From Candidatus Latescibacterota bacterium (GTDB lineage Bacteria > Latescibacterota > UBA2968 > UBA8231), in contig OZ252098.1 of NCBI GenBank assembly GCA_965248355.1, positions 544,001 through 608,000 on the forward strand: a DNA stretch of 64,000 nt, written 5' to 3'. Made by a program: the position numbers and the translations under genes. The notes beneath the pieces were generated by a model. The model made no database searches. It saw only the letters and a program-made list of their open reading frames with translations, and was not told the origin of the DNA. Positions within the stretch are counted from its first letter, which is position 1. Each line of letters begins with the position of its first letter. This document shows, piece by piece, positions 10,225 through 19,911 of this stretch.

Positions 10225-12930
10225 GTGAAGGCCGGAATCCTCACAGGATCCGCTGTCGCGGTGCTGGCGGCGCCCCTGCTGCTGTGCGGGTTCGCCGGGG
10301 CCCAGATGCTCTCCCGCGACGACTACCCCCTGTGGGAGAAGGAGGACTACGAGAACATCGGCCGCTTCGGGTACCGCGACTTCGACGAGCGCGACGTGGA
10401 GAGGCGGGTCTACGACCCCTTCGGCGTCTACCTGATCGACGGCGTCCCCGTCTTCGCCCTCGAGGAGACCCGCACCCAGGGACCCGAGCGGGGCAGCGGC
10501 ATCTTCAAGAGCCCCCTCTATCCGAGCATTTTCCGCAACCTGATGATCGGCATGGATTCCTACCGGGGCTGGGCGGCCTCGATCATGGTGGGCGACGCCG
10601 TGCCGACGCGGTTCTCCTCCCTCACCCTGAACCTGAGCCGGCTCAACGGCATCCGCTTCGACGCCTCCTCCCGCAAGTCGAGCTTCAGCCTGGTGGGATC
10701 GCGCATCTCCGACCCGGTGCTGCTGGCCACGGGTCTGAGCCAGAGCGGCGTGCAGGTCAACCCCGAAGGCGTCTTCGGAAGGCCGACCTTCGGCAGCTAC
10801 CTCGTGGGCGGCCACTGGGAGACGACCCTGGGCAACGTCCTCACCCTGGGATCCACCTACGTCAACGTCCACAACTTCGACAGCGTCGCGGGCCGCAACG
10901 AGGGGTCCCTCAAGGGGGTCGTCCCGTTCTCCGGCCTGGAAGAGGCGAAGTCGGTCTTCGTCATCGTGAGCGACGATTCCCACTGGGACGGCAACGGCCC
11001 CAAGGTCTTCCGCATCGAGATGTATGTCGACGGCGAGCTCCGGACCGATATCGAGCCCATGGTCCGGCTGCTGCCGTCGGTGCCCGCCCTCGTGGGCGCG
11101 GCCAACCGGGAGATCGGCCTGGGGACGAGCGAGATCAACCTGCAGCGGGCGGACAGGCCGTCGTGGCTCATCCAGAGCTACCAGATGGAGGAGATCGTCC
11201 GCGAGGGATATGCGCGCAGCGGCGCCCTCAGCCCCTTCACCAGCGGCGGCCTGTTCTTCAATGAGGGCCTGCCCGTAGGCCACGAGGGCGTTCCCTTCCT
11301 GCAGGCGGGGGGGACCGACGTCCTCGTGTACCGGTTCGAGGTGCCCCCGGGGACGAGGGAGGTCCGCTTCCGGGCTCTCGCCGCCGGGGACTACGTGATC
11401 GACGTGGCCAGCGGCCTCGGCTGGATCGGGACGGACGTGCAGTGGCGGGACTGGCACACGGTCAAGCGCGCCCCGAACAATGTCCGGGATGACGGCAACA
11501 TGGGGTGGGTCACCTTCCGGTACGGCTTTCCCACCGGCATGATCCTCTTCGGCGTGGACTTCGAGGCCAACCTTCTCGGGATCCAGGCCTGGGGGGAGTT
11601 CGCCCGGAACCGGTCCTACTTCAAGTTTCCCTCAGGCGAGGGGGAGCGCCTGGCCACCACCGAGGACGCCTGGTTCATCAACCTCTTCCGGGACATGGGG
11701 GCTTGGGACCTGGGCTTCGAGTACATGAACATGCCCTCGGCCTTCGGCACGAGCTTCCCGGCCCTCATGCAGAATCCCCGGCAGAACGTGATAGCCCCCT
11801 TCGAGCTGGTGGATGACAACGACGACCGGGACGAGTGGCCCGACCGCTGGGAGCAGGAGCGTGACTTCGCCTCCCTCAACCTCACGCCCGCCCCGGGATC
11901 GGGCCTGGGCTTCGGCGTCTTCCCCGGACTCGACGTGGACAACGACGGCCAGCGGGACAACGTCTGGTACCGCGGCGGCGACCGGGTCCTGACCTACTAC
12001 GATCAGCCCTTCGTCTTCGGCGACGACTTCAACAACAACGGGCTGGTGGACGGGTGGGAGAACGACAACCGGCCGGACTACCCCTACGACCAGGACCGCA
12101 GAGGAGGGCACGGCTTCCTCACCTGGAGGCCCTTCTCCGACCGGAAGAGCACCTGGGTGCGCCTCGGCCGCTACGACGTGCGTCAGCCCGACGGCGGCGG
12201 CCGGGACCGGGCCACCTACCTGAAGGCCAACTACCTGCGGCGCTGGGAGGGGCTGGGGCGGGTGCAGCTCAGCTACTACGGCAAGAGGGTCCGGGACGAC
12301 GTGCCCGACGATCTCTACCAGCTCAGCACCAGCTACCGCATCCTGCCCGACCGGCTGCTGCTGCGCAACAGCCTGGTGAACACCGTCCTGGCAGGAGCCC
12401 ACCTGAACACCAGCGCCCTGCCGAATCTCAACGTCTACAACGACATCCGGCTCTCCTTCAACGACCAGCGGGAGCTGATGGAGGAGAACTTCCAGCAGCC
12501 CGAGGCCCGGGTCACGACCGTGGGCTACGTGGCCCGGGCGGACTACAGCTGGCACCTCGGGCCAAACCTGAGCTTCGGTCCCATGTTCAAGGCCACCGTC
12601 AACCGCACCCTGGCGCGCCTGCCCAGCCTGAGGAGCCATACCTACACCCTGACACCGCTCTTCCGGGGTGACTACCGCCTCGCGCCGAGCACCGTGCTGC
12701 GAGGGGGGCTCCTGGGGCTGCCCTTCCGGGCGCAATACCGGAACCTGCTGTGGCCGTTCCTCGACAACGACTCCTGGTACTACATCCTGATCCTGGAGAA
12801 CCTCGCCAACTACCGCGGCATCGACGTGAGCACGAGCATCGGCTTCCAGAAGAACTTCGTCCGCTACATCTCCTCGCACCGGGTTCCCGCCGGATCCGAG
12901 CGCTACTTCATCCGGCTGCGGATCGGCTAG
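10225..12930 (+). CDS. Large exported hypothetical protein, predicted outer-membrane beta-barrel with acidic Ca-binding-type repeats (paralog 1 of 3)
   Basis: GGAGG RBS, signal peptide, DDNDDRDEWPD / FPGLDVDNDG / DFNNNGLVD motifs, alternating beta-strand pattern in the C-terminal third ending ERYFIRLRIG. Confidence 0.65.
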   Translation: MKAGILTGSAVAVLAAPLLLCGFAGAQMLSRDDYPLWEKEDYENIGRFGYRDFDERDVERRVYDPFGVYLIDGVPVFALEETRTQGPERGSGIFKSPLYPSIFRNLMIGMDSYRGWAASIMVGDAVPTRFSSLTLNLSRLNGIRFDASSRKSSFSLVGSRISDPVLLATGLSQSGVQVNPEGVFGRPTFGSYLVGGHWETTLGNVLTLGSTYVNVHNFDSVAGRNEGSLKGVVPFSGLEEAKSVFVIVSDDSHWDGNGPKVFRIEMYVDGELRTDIEPMVRLLPSVPALVGAANREIGLGTSEINLQRADRPSWLIQSYQMEEIVREGYARSGALSPFTSGGLFFNEGLPVGHEGVPFLQAGGTDVLVYRFEVPPGTREVRFRALAAGDYVIDVASGLGWIGTDVQWRDWHTVKRAPNNVRDDGNMGWVTFRYGFPTGMILFGVDFEANLLGIQAWGEFARNRSYFKFPSGEGERLATTEDAWFINLFRDMGAWDLGFEYMNMPSAFGTSFPALMQNPRQNVIAPFELVDDNDDRDEWPDRWEQERDFASLNLTPAPGSGLGFGVFPGLDVDNDGQRDNVWYRGGDRVLTYYDQPFVFGDDFNNNGLVDGWENDNRPDYPYDQDRRGGHGFLTWRPFSDRKSTWVRLGRYDVRQPDGGGRDRATYLKANYLRRWEGLGRVQLSYYGKRVRDDVPDDLYQLSTSYRILPDRLLLRNSLVNTVLAGAHLNTSALPNLNVYNDIRLSFNDQRELMEENFQQPEARVTTVGYVARADYSWHLGPNLSFGPMFKATVNRTLARLPSLRSHTYTLTPLFRGDYRLAPSTVLRGGLLGLPFRAQYRNLLWPFLDNDSWYYILILENLANYRGIDVSTSIGFQKNFVRYISSHRVPAGSERYFIRLRIG

Positions 12931-12935
12931 GCGCC

Positions 12936-15767
12936 ATGGGCAAGTCCGGCATCCTGCCTCGCCTCGTCGCCGCCGCCCTGGTCCTGCAGGGGGGGATGGG
13001 AGCGGACGCCCACGTGCGGGGTCCCGGCCTCTTCCTCTACCGGCCGGGCGAGGGCTACACGACCCATGCCAGGGAGGCCTACAAGCACTGGCCGCGCTCC
13101 TACCTCGTGCGGCCCGAGGATCTCGTCTTCGACGAGCTGGGGAACTTCGTCGTCGAGGGGATCGAGGTCTTCCGGCTGCGGGAGTCGCGGACCGTCGATC
13201 CCGAGCCGGGCAGCGTCATCGACAAGAGCCGCTACTTCAAGGACTACCTCAGCCGGCTGTCCGTCGCTTCCGATTCCTACGGGGACTTCCATACCACCCT
13301 CGCCGTGGGCGACCAGATCCGCACGAAGTTCACCTCGCTGACGCTGGACCTGGCGGCCATGAACGGCATCCGCTGGGACATGAGCACGGCCCGGGCGGAC
13401 TTCACCCTCATCAACTCGCGCCTGGACTATCCGATCTTCGACGTCGCCGCCAACGACGACAACAAGCAGCACAACTACAGCGTCTTCGGCACCAAGCCGC
13501 CGTTCTTCGCCACCTACCTGCTGGGCTCCCACCTGCGGACCAACATCGGGGCCCTGAACCTCGGGGCGGTGTGGGTCAACCAGTACCGCATCAACAGCCT
13601 GCTCGGGCGCGGAGAGTGGGACCTGCGCGGGGCGATTCCCGGGAACACGGCCTCCATCGACTACCTGGTGGTCCGGTTCGCCGACGGATCGATCGAGGAC
13701 GGCGGCGGACCCCGCGTGTACGATCTGGAGGTGCACATCAACGGCGAGCTGCGCCCGGACCTCAGGGTCCACCCGGACGCCGCCTCGGCGGCGGGCATCG
13801 ACGACACGGGGCGCATCGTCGTGACCCGCCACCACGTGGAGGACATCGATCCGGCCTTCCCCAACGGCGACAAGCAGTACCCGCGGGAGCTGGGCCGCGG
13901 GATCCCGCCGTACGTGGAGTTCATCAGCGGCCTCCTGCCCGAGGAGTTCCCGGGTGAGAGGGGGTACCTGGAGGCCCACGGCAAGGAGTACCTCCTCTAC
14001 TGGGTGCCCCTGGGCGAGGAGGACGTGAACGACGTGACCTTCAGGGCCAAGGTCGCCAACGACTACCGCATCAGCATGTCCGAGGTCTATGCCAACGTCC
14101 CCTCCCGGGCCCGCAGGGACCGGACCCCGCGCGATCGAAACCGGGCCCTCTACTTCCAGGATGTCTCCCACGCCCGGGGCAGGGTGCAGGACCTGTCCAA
14201 CCTGAAGGTCGTCGAGTTCCGCTACGGCCGGCAGACGGGAAGGATGCTCGCCGGCGTGCACGCCGACCTGGAGGTGGAGGACTTCTCCTTCCGGGCCGAG
14301 TACGACGTGAGCACCGACTTCCGGCGCTACCCCGTGGCCGGCGGCCGGCGCAGCCGCACCCGGGGAGACGCGTTCTTCGCCAACGCCGCCCTGCGGCGGG
14401 GCAAGTGGGAGTTCGGCGGGGAGGTGTTCTCCATGGACCCGGACTACGGCACCTCCCTGCACGTGCAGGACCCGTCGTACCAGAGCTTCGTCACCCTGCC
14501 CTTCCACCCCCTGGACAGCGAGATCGACGGCGGCCTCAAGGGCATCGACGGGTTCAACCAGAGCGCGCTCAATGGTACCCTGGTCTTCGACACGGTGGAG
14601 GACAACGACGACAAGGACCGCTTCGCCGACGCCCACTACATCGAATCGCGGCGCGATCTCGACGGCGTCTTCCCGGGCCTCGATCTCGACCAGGACGGCA
14701 GGCCCGAGACCAACCGGAACAACAACGGCATTCCGGACTACCTCGAGCCCTTCCTGCTCTTCGACGTCAACCCCGAGGAGTACGACTACGGGGACGACCT
14801 GAACAACAACGGGATCATCGACATCCGCGAGGACGACCCCACGGTCGACTATCCGTACGACCCCGACCTCGAGGGCTTCCACCTCTTCGCCGGCCTCAGT
14901 CCATTGCGAGGCGCCTCGCTCACCGTCGGCCGCTACCAGACCCGGCAGATCGCCGCCGGGGGGAGGAATCACGTCCTCTACGGCAAGGCGGTGTACGAAC
15001 GCCGCCTCCCCTTCTGGGGGAAGTTCACCCTCATCGACTTCGCCAAGAGGGTGGAGGACGACATCCGCAACGATGTCTTCCTCTTTCCCCGCAACGCCAC
15101 CTTCGAGCTGCAGGAGGACGTGAGCGGACGCATTACCGGAACGGGTCTCGGCGTGAACCTGATCGAGGATCCCCTGCGCATGCAGGACAGCTTCGTCAAC
15201 ACGGCGTTCGCCGCCCTGGACTTCACCGGGCTCGAGCCGATCGAGATCCACCTCGACTTCAAGCACGACTTGAACCACCAGCTCGGCCGGGACGAAGGGC
15301 GGTCCAACCGCATCATCCGGTCGACCTCCGTGGTCAAGGGGGAGTACGCCCGGCACCTCTCCGGCCGGTTCCGGGGCATCACCATCACCCCCAGGATCAA
15401 GGCGATGTCCCAGAAGCTGACCGACGAGCGCTTCCCGGTCCCGGTGCTCCACGAGTTCTTCCTCTATCCCATCCTGCGGCTCGACTGGAAGCTGACCCCC
15501 CTCACCAGCGTGCGCATGGGCGCCCAGGGATTCCCCTTCCTCCGCAGCCGCTCCCTCGACCTGGTCAATCCGGCGCGGGACTTCGACGGTGAGGACTACG
15601 TGGCCATCCTGGCCAACACCTTCACCTACCAGGGCTACGAGGTGAACTTCAACGTGGGATACCAGGTGCAGAAGAGGAGCTTCGACTCCCCGCTCCGGGC
15701 CCAGTCCAACGTGAACACCTCCATCTTCTTCTTCCGGGCCCTGGTGGGGCTTCGTCCGGTGATCTAG
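12936..15767 (+). CDS. Large exported hypothetical protein, predicted outer-membrane beta-barrel (paralog 2 of 3)
   Basis: ATG 12936 starts signal peptide MGKSGILPRLVAAALVLQGGMGADA; collinear shared motifs with paralogs 1 and 3 (FTSLTL, NGIRWD, VANDY, GVFPGLDLDQDG, DYPYD). Confidence 0.65.
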   Translation: MGKSGILPRLVAAALVLQGGMGADAHVRGPGLFLYRPGEGYTTHAREAYKHWPRSYLVRPEDLVFDELGNFVVEGIEVFRLRESRTVDPEPGSVIDKSRYFKDYLSRLSVASDSYGDFHTTLAVGDQIRTKFTSLTLDLAAMNGIRWDMSTARADFTLINSRLDYPIFDVAANDDNKQHNYSVFGTKPPFFATYLLGSHLRTNIGALNLGAVWVNQYRINSLLGRGEWDLRGAIPGNTASIDYLVVRFADGSIEDGGGPRVYDLEVHINGELRPDLRVHPDAASAAGIDDTGRIVVTRHHVEDIDPAFPNGDKQYPRELGRGIPPYVEFISGLLPEEFPGERGYLEAHGKEYLLYWVPLGEEDVNDVTFRAKVANDYRISMSEVYANVPSRARRDRTPRDRNRALYFQDVSHARGRVQDLSNLKVVEFRYGRQTGRMLAGVHADLEVEDFSFRAEYDVSTDFRRYPVAGGRRSRTRGDAFFANAALRRGKWEFGGEVFSMDPDYGTSLHVQDPSYQSFVTLPFHPLDSEIDGGLKGIDGFNQSALNGTLVFDTVEDNDDKDRFADAHYIESRRDLDGVFPGLDLDQDGRPETNRNNNGIPDYLEPFLLFDVNPEEYDYGDDLNNNGIIDIREDDPTVDYPYDPDLEGFHLFAGLSPLRGASLTVGRYQTRQIAAGGRNHVLYGKAVYERRLPFWGKFTLIDFAKRVEDDIRNDVFLFPRNATFELQEDVSGRITGTGLGVNLIEDPLRMQDSFVNTAFAALDFTGLEPIEIHLDFKHDLNHQLGRDEGRSNRIIRSTSVVKGEYARHLSGRFRGITITPRIKAMSQKLTDERFPVPVLHEFFLYPILRLDWKLTPLTSVRMGAQGFPFLRSRSLDLVNPARDFDGEDYVAILANTFTYQGYEVNFNVGYQVQKRSFDSPLRAQSNVNTSIFFFRALVGLRPVI

Positions 15768-18700
15768 TGGCGCTCGTCACCATCAGCTGCCTGGCGGCCC
15801 TGGCCGCCCTCGGCTCCCTCGGCCCCGCGCCCGCCGGCGCCCAGGAGACGGAGAGCTGGGGTCCGCGCACGGGCATCGAGATCCCCGAGGTGCCGCGCAT
15901 CCAGGCCGACCGGATGTTCCTCAGGCGGCCGTCGGAGCCCTACAGGAACTACGCCCACCGGGAGAGGATGTACACCAACTACCCCACGATCCTCTCGCCG
16001 TACCGGGATCCCAAGCGGTTCTTCTACGGCCCCCTGGGCAACCGTCTGGCCTACGGGATCCCCGGCTACGACTGGGTGGAGACCAGGGGCCTGGGCCCTC
16101 AGAGCCGGGGCGGCTCCTCCCTGGCGATCACCGGGAACCTCTACCACTATCCCGGCCGCGAGCAGACCACCTACCGGCGCTACTTCGAGGACGTGCTGAC
16201 CGTCTCGGAGCAGACCGACTCCTGGTCGGGGAGCCTGACCATCGCCCAGGAGATGAGGGGTCGCTTCACGCCCCTGACCCTGAAGGTCAACGCCTTCCCG
16301 GGGTTCCGCCTCGACTGGGGCACCGAGCACAGCGACCTGTCGGCCCTGTTCATGACCTGGAGCACGGTGCGCATGGGCGCCCTGCACATGCAGCGCCGGG
16401 TGGGCCTGCTGGACTTCGGGCTGACCTACGTCAACGCCCACGAGAGCTACAGCGACAGCTACGGGCACGCCTTCTCCCGCAAGGGCGTGCTGCGCCACAA
16501 CCAGCCCTACCCGGAGATCATCGCCGTCAAGTTCTCCGACGATTCGCCGGAGGACGACCGGGGCGGACCCCACATCGTGGAGCTGAACATCTACGTGAAC
16601 GGGGTCCTCCGGAAGGACATCGTCCCCGACGTGATCGAGCAGATCGACGGCGTCAGGCGGTCCTCGGTGGGCAAGCTCAGCACCCAGGGGCTGGTGCGCA
16701 ACGCCTACGCCGAGCTGTCGGCGGCCTTCACCTCCTCCGTGCCCACCGGGACCACCTACATGCGCTATCGCCACGACGAGGCGCCCCTGTACATGGACTA
16801 CCTGTTCTTCCGGGACCTCAGGCTGCACGATCCCGTCGACCCCGAGCGCGAGTTCACGACCTATGTCTGGCGCGGGGTGGAGTTCCCCGTGGAGGAGCCC
16901 TGGCAGCTGGCCGTCAACCTGCAGCCGGATGCGTCCACGGACCGCAGCTACTACAAGGACAACGCCGACGAGATCCTGGCCGAGCGGTTCACCGAGGAAG
17001 AGGTCCTCGGCATCCTCATCCGCAACAATTCCCTGAACAACATCTTCAGGCCTCTGGACCAGTCGTTCCGGTGGCGCAGTGACGAGACGGGCCCGATCGA
17101 GGTCTCCGGAGACGACTTCGTCGTCTACTACTTCAACCTGGCGGGGCAGGGCTTCGTCCAGTCCGTCTCCTTCGACGCCCTCGTGGCCAACGACTACAAG
17201 GTCGAGGTGGGCACCGTGGCCCGGAAGAGAAAGTTCGATCTCGACGATCCGAGGGCGCCCATCGACGTCCCCTACACGGGGCGCTACGGCCAGCCCACGC
17301 TCTATCGCACCGTCAGGCGCGCCCCGGGCAACGTCCAGGACATGTCCAACCTCAAGCGCATCACCTTTCACATCGGCTCGGAGACGGGGATGGAGATCTT
17401 CGGCGCCGACTTCAGCACCAACATCCTCGGCCTGAAGATCGACGGGGAGTACGCCCGGAGCCTGCACCACTTCCAGTACCCCGACGGCGTCGTCGGCCCC
17501 GATCCAACCACCCCCGTGCGCGCCGGCAAGCGCTTCGGCACGAAGGGCGAGGCGTACTACCTCGTGGTGCGCAGGGAACACGAGCGCTTCGACTGGGGCG
17601 CCGAGTACTTCCACATGGGGCCGAACTACAACACGGAGCTGCTCATGCTGGGCACGCCGGCCGTGCCCCACTTCAACAGCACCCTGCGGCTGATGATGGT
17701 GGACGACAACGACGACGACGACCGCTTCCCCGACTCCTGGTTCCAGCAGTACATCTCCGGCTTCGTCAACGAGGGGGTGGACGCCGACGGCGTCTTCCCC
17801 GGCAAGGATCTCGACGGCGACGGCCGGCCGGACACCAACAGGAACGGCAACCGCCTGCCCGACTATCTCGAGCCTTTCCTGATGTACGACGTGGAATCGG
17901 ACGACTACGTCTACGATCTCGACATGAACAACAACGACCGTCCCGACAGCCGCGAGGACGACCCCGAGCCCGACTACCCCTACGCCGAGGACCTGGAGGG
18001 CTACCACGCCATCGGCACCTACCGGCTGACGAAGAACCTGGCCCTTTCCCTGGGGCGCCTCGACGCCCGGCAGGTGCACGGCGGCGGCGAGAATCTGATG
18101 AACTACGGGCGCCTGAGCTGGACCGCGAGGCAGCCGCGGCTCGGACAGCTCCACGTGGAGAACACCCTCAAGCGCGTCTGGGACTCGGTTCCCGACCGCG
18201 TGCTCGTCTCCTCCGACTTCTCCAGGGGGCCCTTCGGCAAGGTGCACCTCGCCGGCTTCGGGTACCAGCAGCAGTGGGACCTGAACCTGATCGAGGACGA
18301 TCTGAGGTACCGCAACAGTTGGGCGAACCGGTTCTTCGTCCGTGCGGACCTGAGCCCGCTCCGGGGCCTGAGGATGCACCACAACCTCCGCTACGAGCTC
18401 AACCGCCAGCAGCGGGGGTTCCTGGACGACGGCACCCATCAGAGGAGCAACGAGATCCGCGCCCTGAGCTCGGTCCACCGCGTGGACTACACCTGGCGCC
18501 GGTTCAGGAACAGGCTGGAGATCGGGCCGGCCATGAAGCTGCTCTTCCTCAAGCGCACCCAGGAGACGGTCGACGTGCCCCTGGCGGACGAGACCACGGT
18601 CATCCCCATCTTCAAGGCCAGCTACCACGCGACGCCCAGGACCACCTTCCGGGCCGGCGTCCAGGGACTGCCCTTCTGGCAGTACCGCCTGAAGGACAAC

Positions 18701-18901
18701 GGCAACGACTGGAACAGCTTCGAGCAGAACGTCTACGTTCTGATGATGACCAACCGCTCCGACTACTTCGGCTACGAGATCGTGACCAACGCCGGCATGA
18801 CCTTCGACCGGCGGACCTACGACGACCCCTTCCGCGGGGCGGACAACACCGACATCATGGCCACCTTCGTGCAGATCGTGGCAGGAGCACCCCAGCTTTG
18901 A
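15767..18901 (+). CDS. Large exported hypothetical protein, predicted outer-membrane beta-barrel (paralog 3 of 3)
   Basis: Start overlaps previous stop; signal peptide; FTPLTL, FSDDSPEDD.GGP, VANDY, DDNDDDDRFPD, GVFPGKDLDGDG, DYPYAED. Confidence 0.65.
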   Translation: MALVTISCLAALAALGSLGPAPAGAQETESWGPRTGIEIPEVPRIQADRMFLRRPSEPYRNYAHRERMYTNYPTILSPYRDPKRFFYGPLGNRLAYGIPGYDWVETRGLGPQSRGGSSLAITGNLYHYPGREQTTYRRYFEDVLTVSEQTDSWSGSLTIAQEMRGRFTPLTLKVNAFPGFRLDWGTEHSDLSALFMTWSTVRMGALHMQRRVGLLDFGLTYVNAHESYSDSYGHAFSRKGVLRHNQPYPEIIAVKFSDDSPEDDRGGPHIVELNIYVNGVLRKDIVPDVIEQIDGVRRSSVGKLSTQGLVRNAYAELSAAFTSSVPTGTTYMRYRHDEAPLYMDYLFFRDLRLHDPVDPEREFTTYVWRGVEFPVEEPWQLAVNLQPDASTDRSYYKDNADEILAERFTEEEVLGILIRNNSLNNIFRPLDQSFRWRSDETGPIEVSGDDFVVYYFNLAGQGFVQSVSFDALVANDYKVEVGTVARKRKFDLDDPRAPIDVPYTGRYGQPTLYRTVRRAPGNVQDMSNLKRITFHIGSETGMEIFGADFSTNILGLKIDGEYARSLHHFQYPDGVVGPDPTTPVRAGKRFGTKGEAYYLVVRREHERFDWGAEYFHMGPNYNTELLMLGTPAVPHFNSTLRLMMVDDNDDDDRFPDSWFQQYISGFVNEGVDADGVFPGKDLDGDGRPDTNRNGNRLPDYLEPFLMYDVESDDYVYDLDMNNNDRPDSREDDPEPDYPYAEDLEGYHAIGTYRLTKNLALSLGRLDARQVHGGGENLMNYGRLSWTARQPRLGQLHVENTLKRVWDSVPDRVLVSSDFSRGPFGKVHLAGFGYQQQWDLNLIEDDLRYRNSWANRFFVRADLSPLRGLRMHHNLRYELNRQQRGFLDDGTHQRSNEIRALSSVHRVDYTWRRFRNRLEIGPAMKLLFLKRTQETVDVPLADETTVIPIFKASYHATPRTTFRAGVQGLPFWQYRLKDNGNDWNSFEQNVYVLMMTNRSDYFGYEIVTNAGMTFDRRTYDDPFRGADNTDIMATFVQIVAGAPQL

Positions 18902-18947
18902 GCTTGCCTCACCCCCGCAACCCGATTCACCACGAGGTCGGACCGCA

Positions 18948-19490
18948 ATGAGGAACCTCATCCTGACGCTCGCCCTCTCCGGGATCCTCCTGCCGTGCCG
19001 CGCCCACGGCGAGGAGGACATCTTCGCCGCCCGGAAGACCGCCACCCGGAAGGAAGCCCTGATCCTGTCGGCCCTCTTCCCGGGGCTGGGGCAGCTCTCC
19101 ACCGGGCGCAAGGTGACGGGAACGATCCTGCTGGTCGCCGAGATCGGCTCCCTGGCCACGGCCCTGACGGCCAACGAGAACTACAACACCCGTCTCGACA
19201 ACTTCGAGCGGTTGAAGTCGGAGTACGAGCAGATGGCGGCGGGCAACAGCCGGCACGACCTGGCCGAGCAGCGCTGGCAGGAGCTGAGCGCCGAGGCCGA
19301 CGACCTGGACGGCCTGCACAACATCCGCCGCGCCTACACGGCCGCCGCCGTGGGCATCTATGTCTACAACCTGGTCGACATCCTTCTCCTCAACCCGCCC
19401 GAGGCCGGATCGGCCCAGGCCTGGAGCCTGCGCGCCGTGCCGGGTCTGGGGGAGGGTCCCGCCCGGTTGATGGTGACGGGAAGCTTCTGA
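18948..19490 (+). CDS. DUF5683-like membrane/secreted protein
   Basis: Signal peptide; ALILSALFPGLGQL..GRK..G motif; helical middle; IYVYNLVDI near C-terminus. Confidence 0.6.
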   Translation: MRNLILTLALSGILLPCRAHGEEDIFAARKTATRKEALILSALFPGLGQLSTGRKVTGTILLVAEIGSLATALTANENYNTRLDNFERLKSEYEQMAAGNSRHDLAEQRWQELSAEADDLDGLHNIRRAYTAAAVGIYVYNLVDILLLNPPEAGSAQAWSLRAVPGLGEGPARLMVTGSF

Positions 19491-19509
19491 AACCTCTCGG
19501 AGGTAGAGC

Positions 19510-19887
19510 ATGAGCAAGGCTCTCTGGCCGTTGCCGGCCATCCTGATCCTCTACATCTCGGCGTGCAGCGAGGAGCACAGCCTGCCCTCCAAGTTCCACG
19601 AGGGCCGGGTGGAGACGCCCTCGGAGCTGGAGGCGAGGTTCGAAGGGGACCAGGTCGTCCTGGAGTGGAGCGTCGCGGCGCCCGAGGAGGTCCTCTACTA
19701 CATCGTCACCCTCTCGGAGGGCACCACCGGGGCCGAGCGGCAGTACACCGCTCCCGGAGACAGCACGACCTGGGCGCTGGTGGAGTTCGCCTGGACCGAC
19801 TCCTTCTACATCTTCCAGGTGCAGGCGGTGGATCATACCGATTTCGTGGGCGAGGGCTCCAACGTGGACACGCTCTTCGTCCCATGA
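19510..19887 (+). CDS. Lipoprotein with fibronectin type III-like domain
   Basis: Lipobox ISAC; TPSELEARFEGDQVVLEW...YIFQVQAVD...EG.SN. Confidence 0.65.
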   Translation: MSKALWPLPAILILYISACSEEHSLPSKFHEGRVETPSELEARFEGDQVVLEWSVAAPEEVLYYIVTLSEGTTGAERQYTAPGDSTTWALVEFAWTDSFYIFQVQAVDHTDFVGEGSNVDTLFVP

Positions 19888-19911
19888 TGCCGAGGCTGGA
19901 GGGTATTGCAG

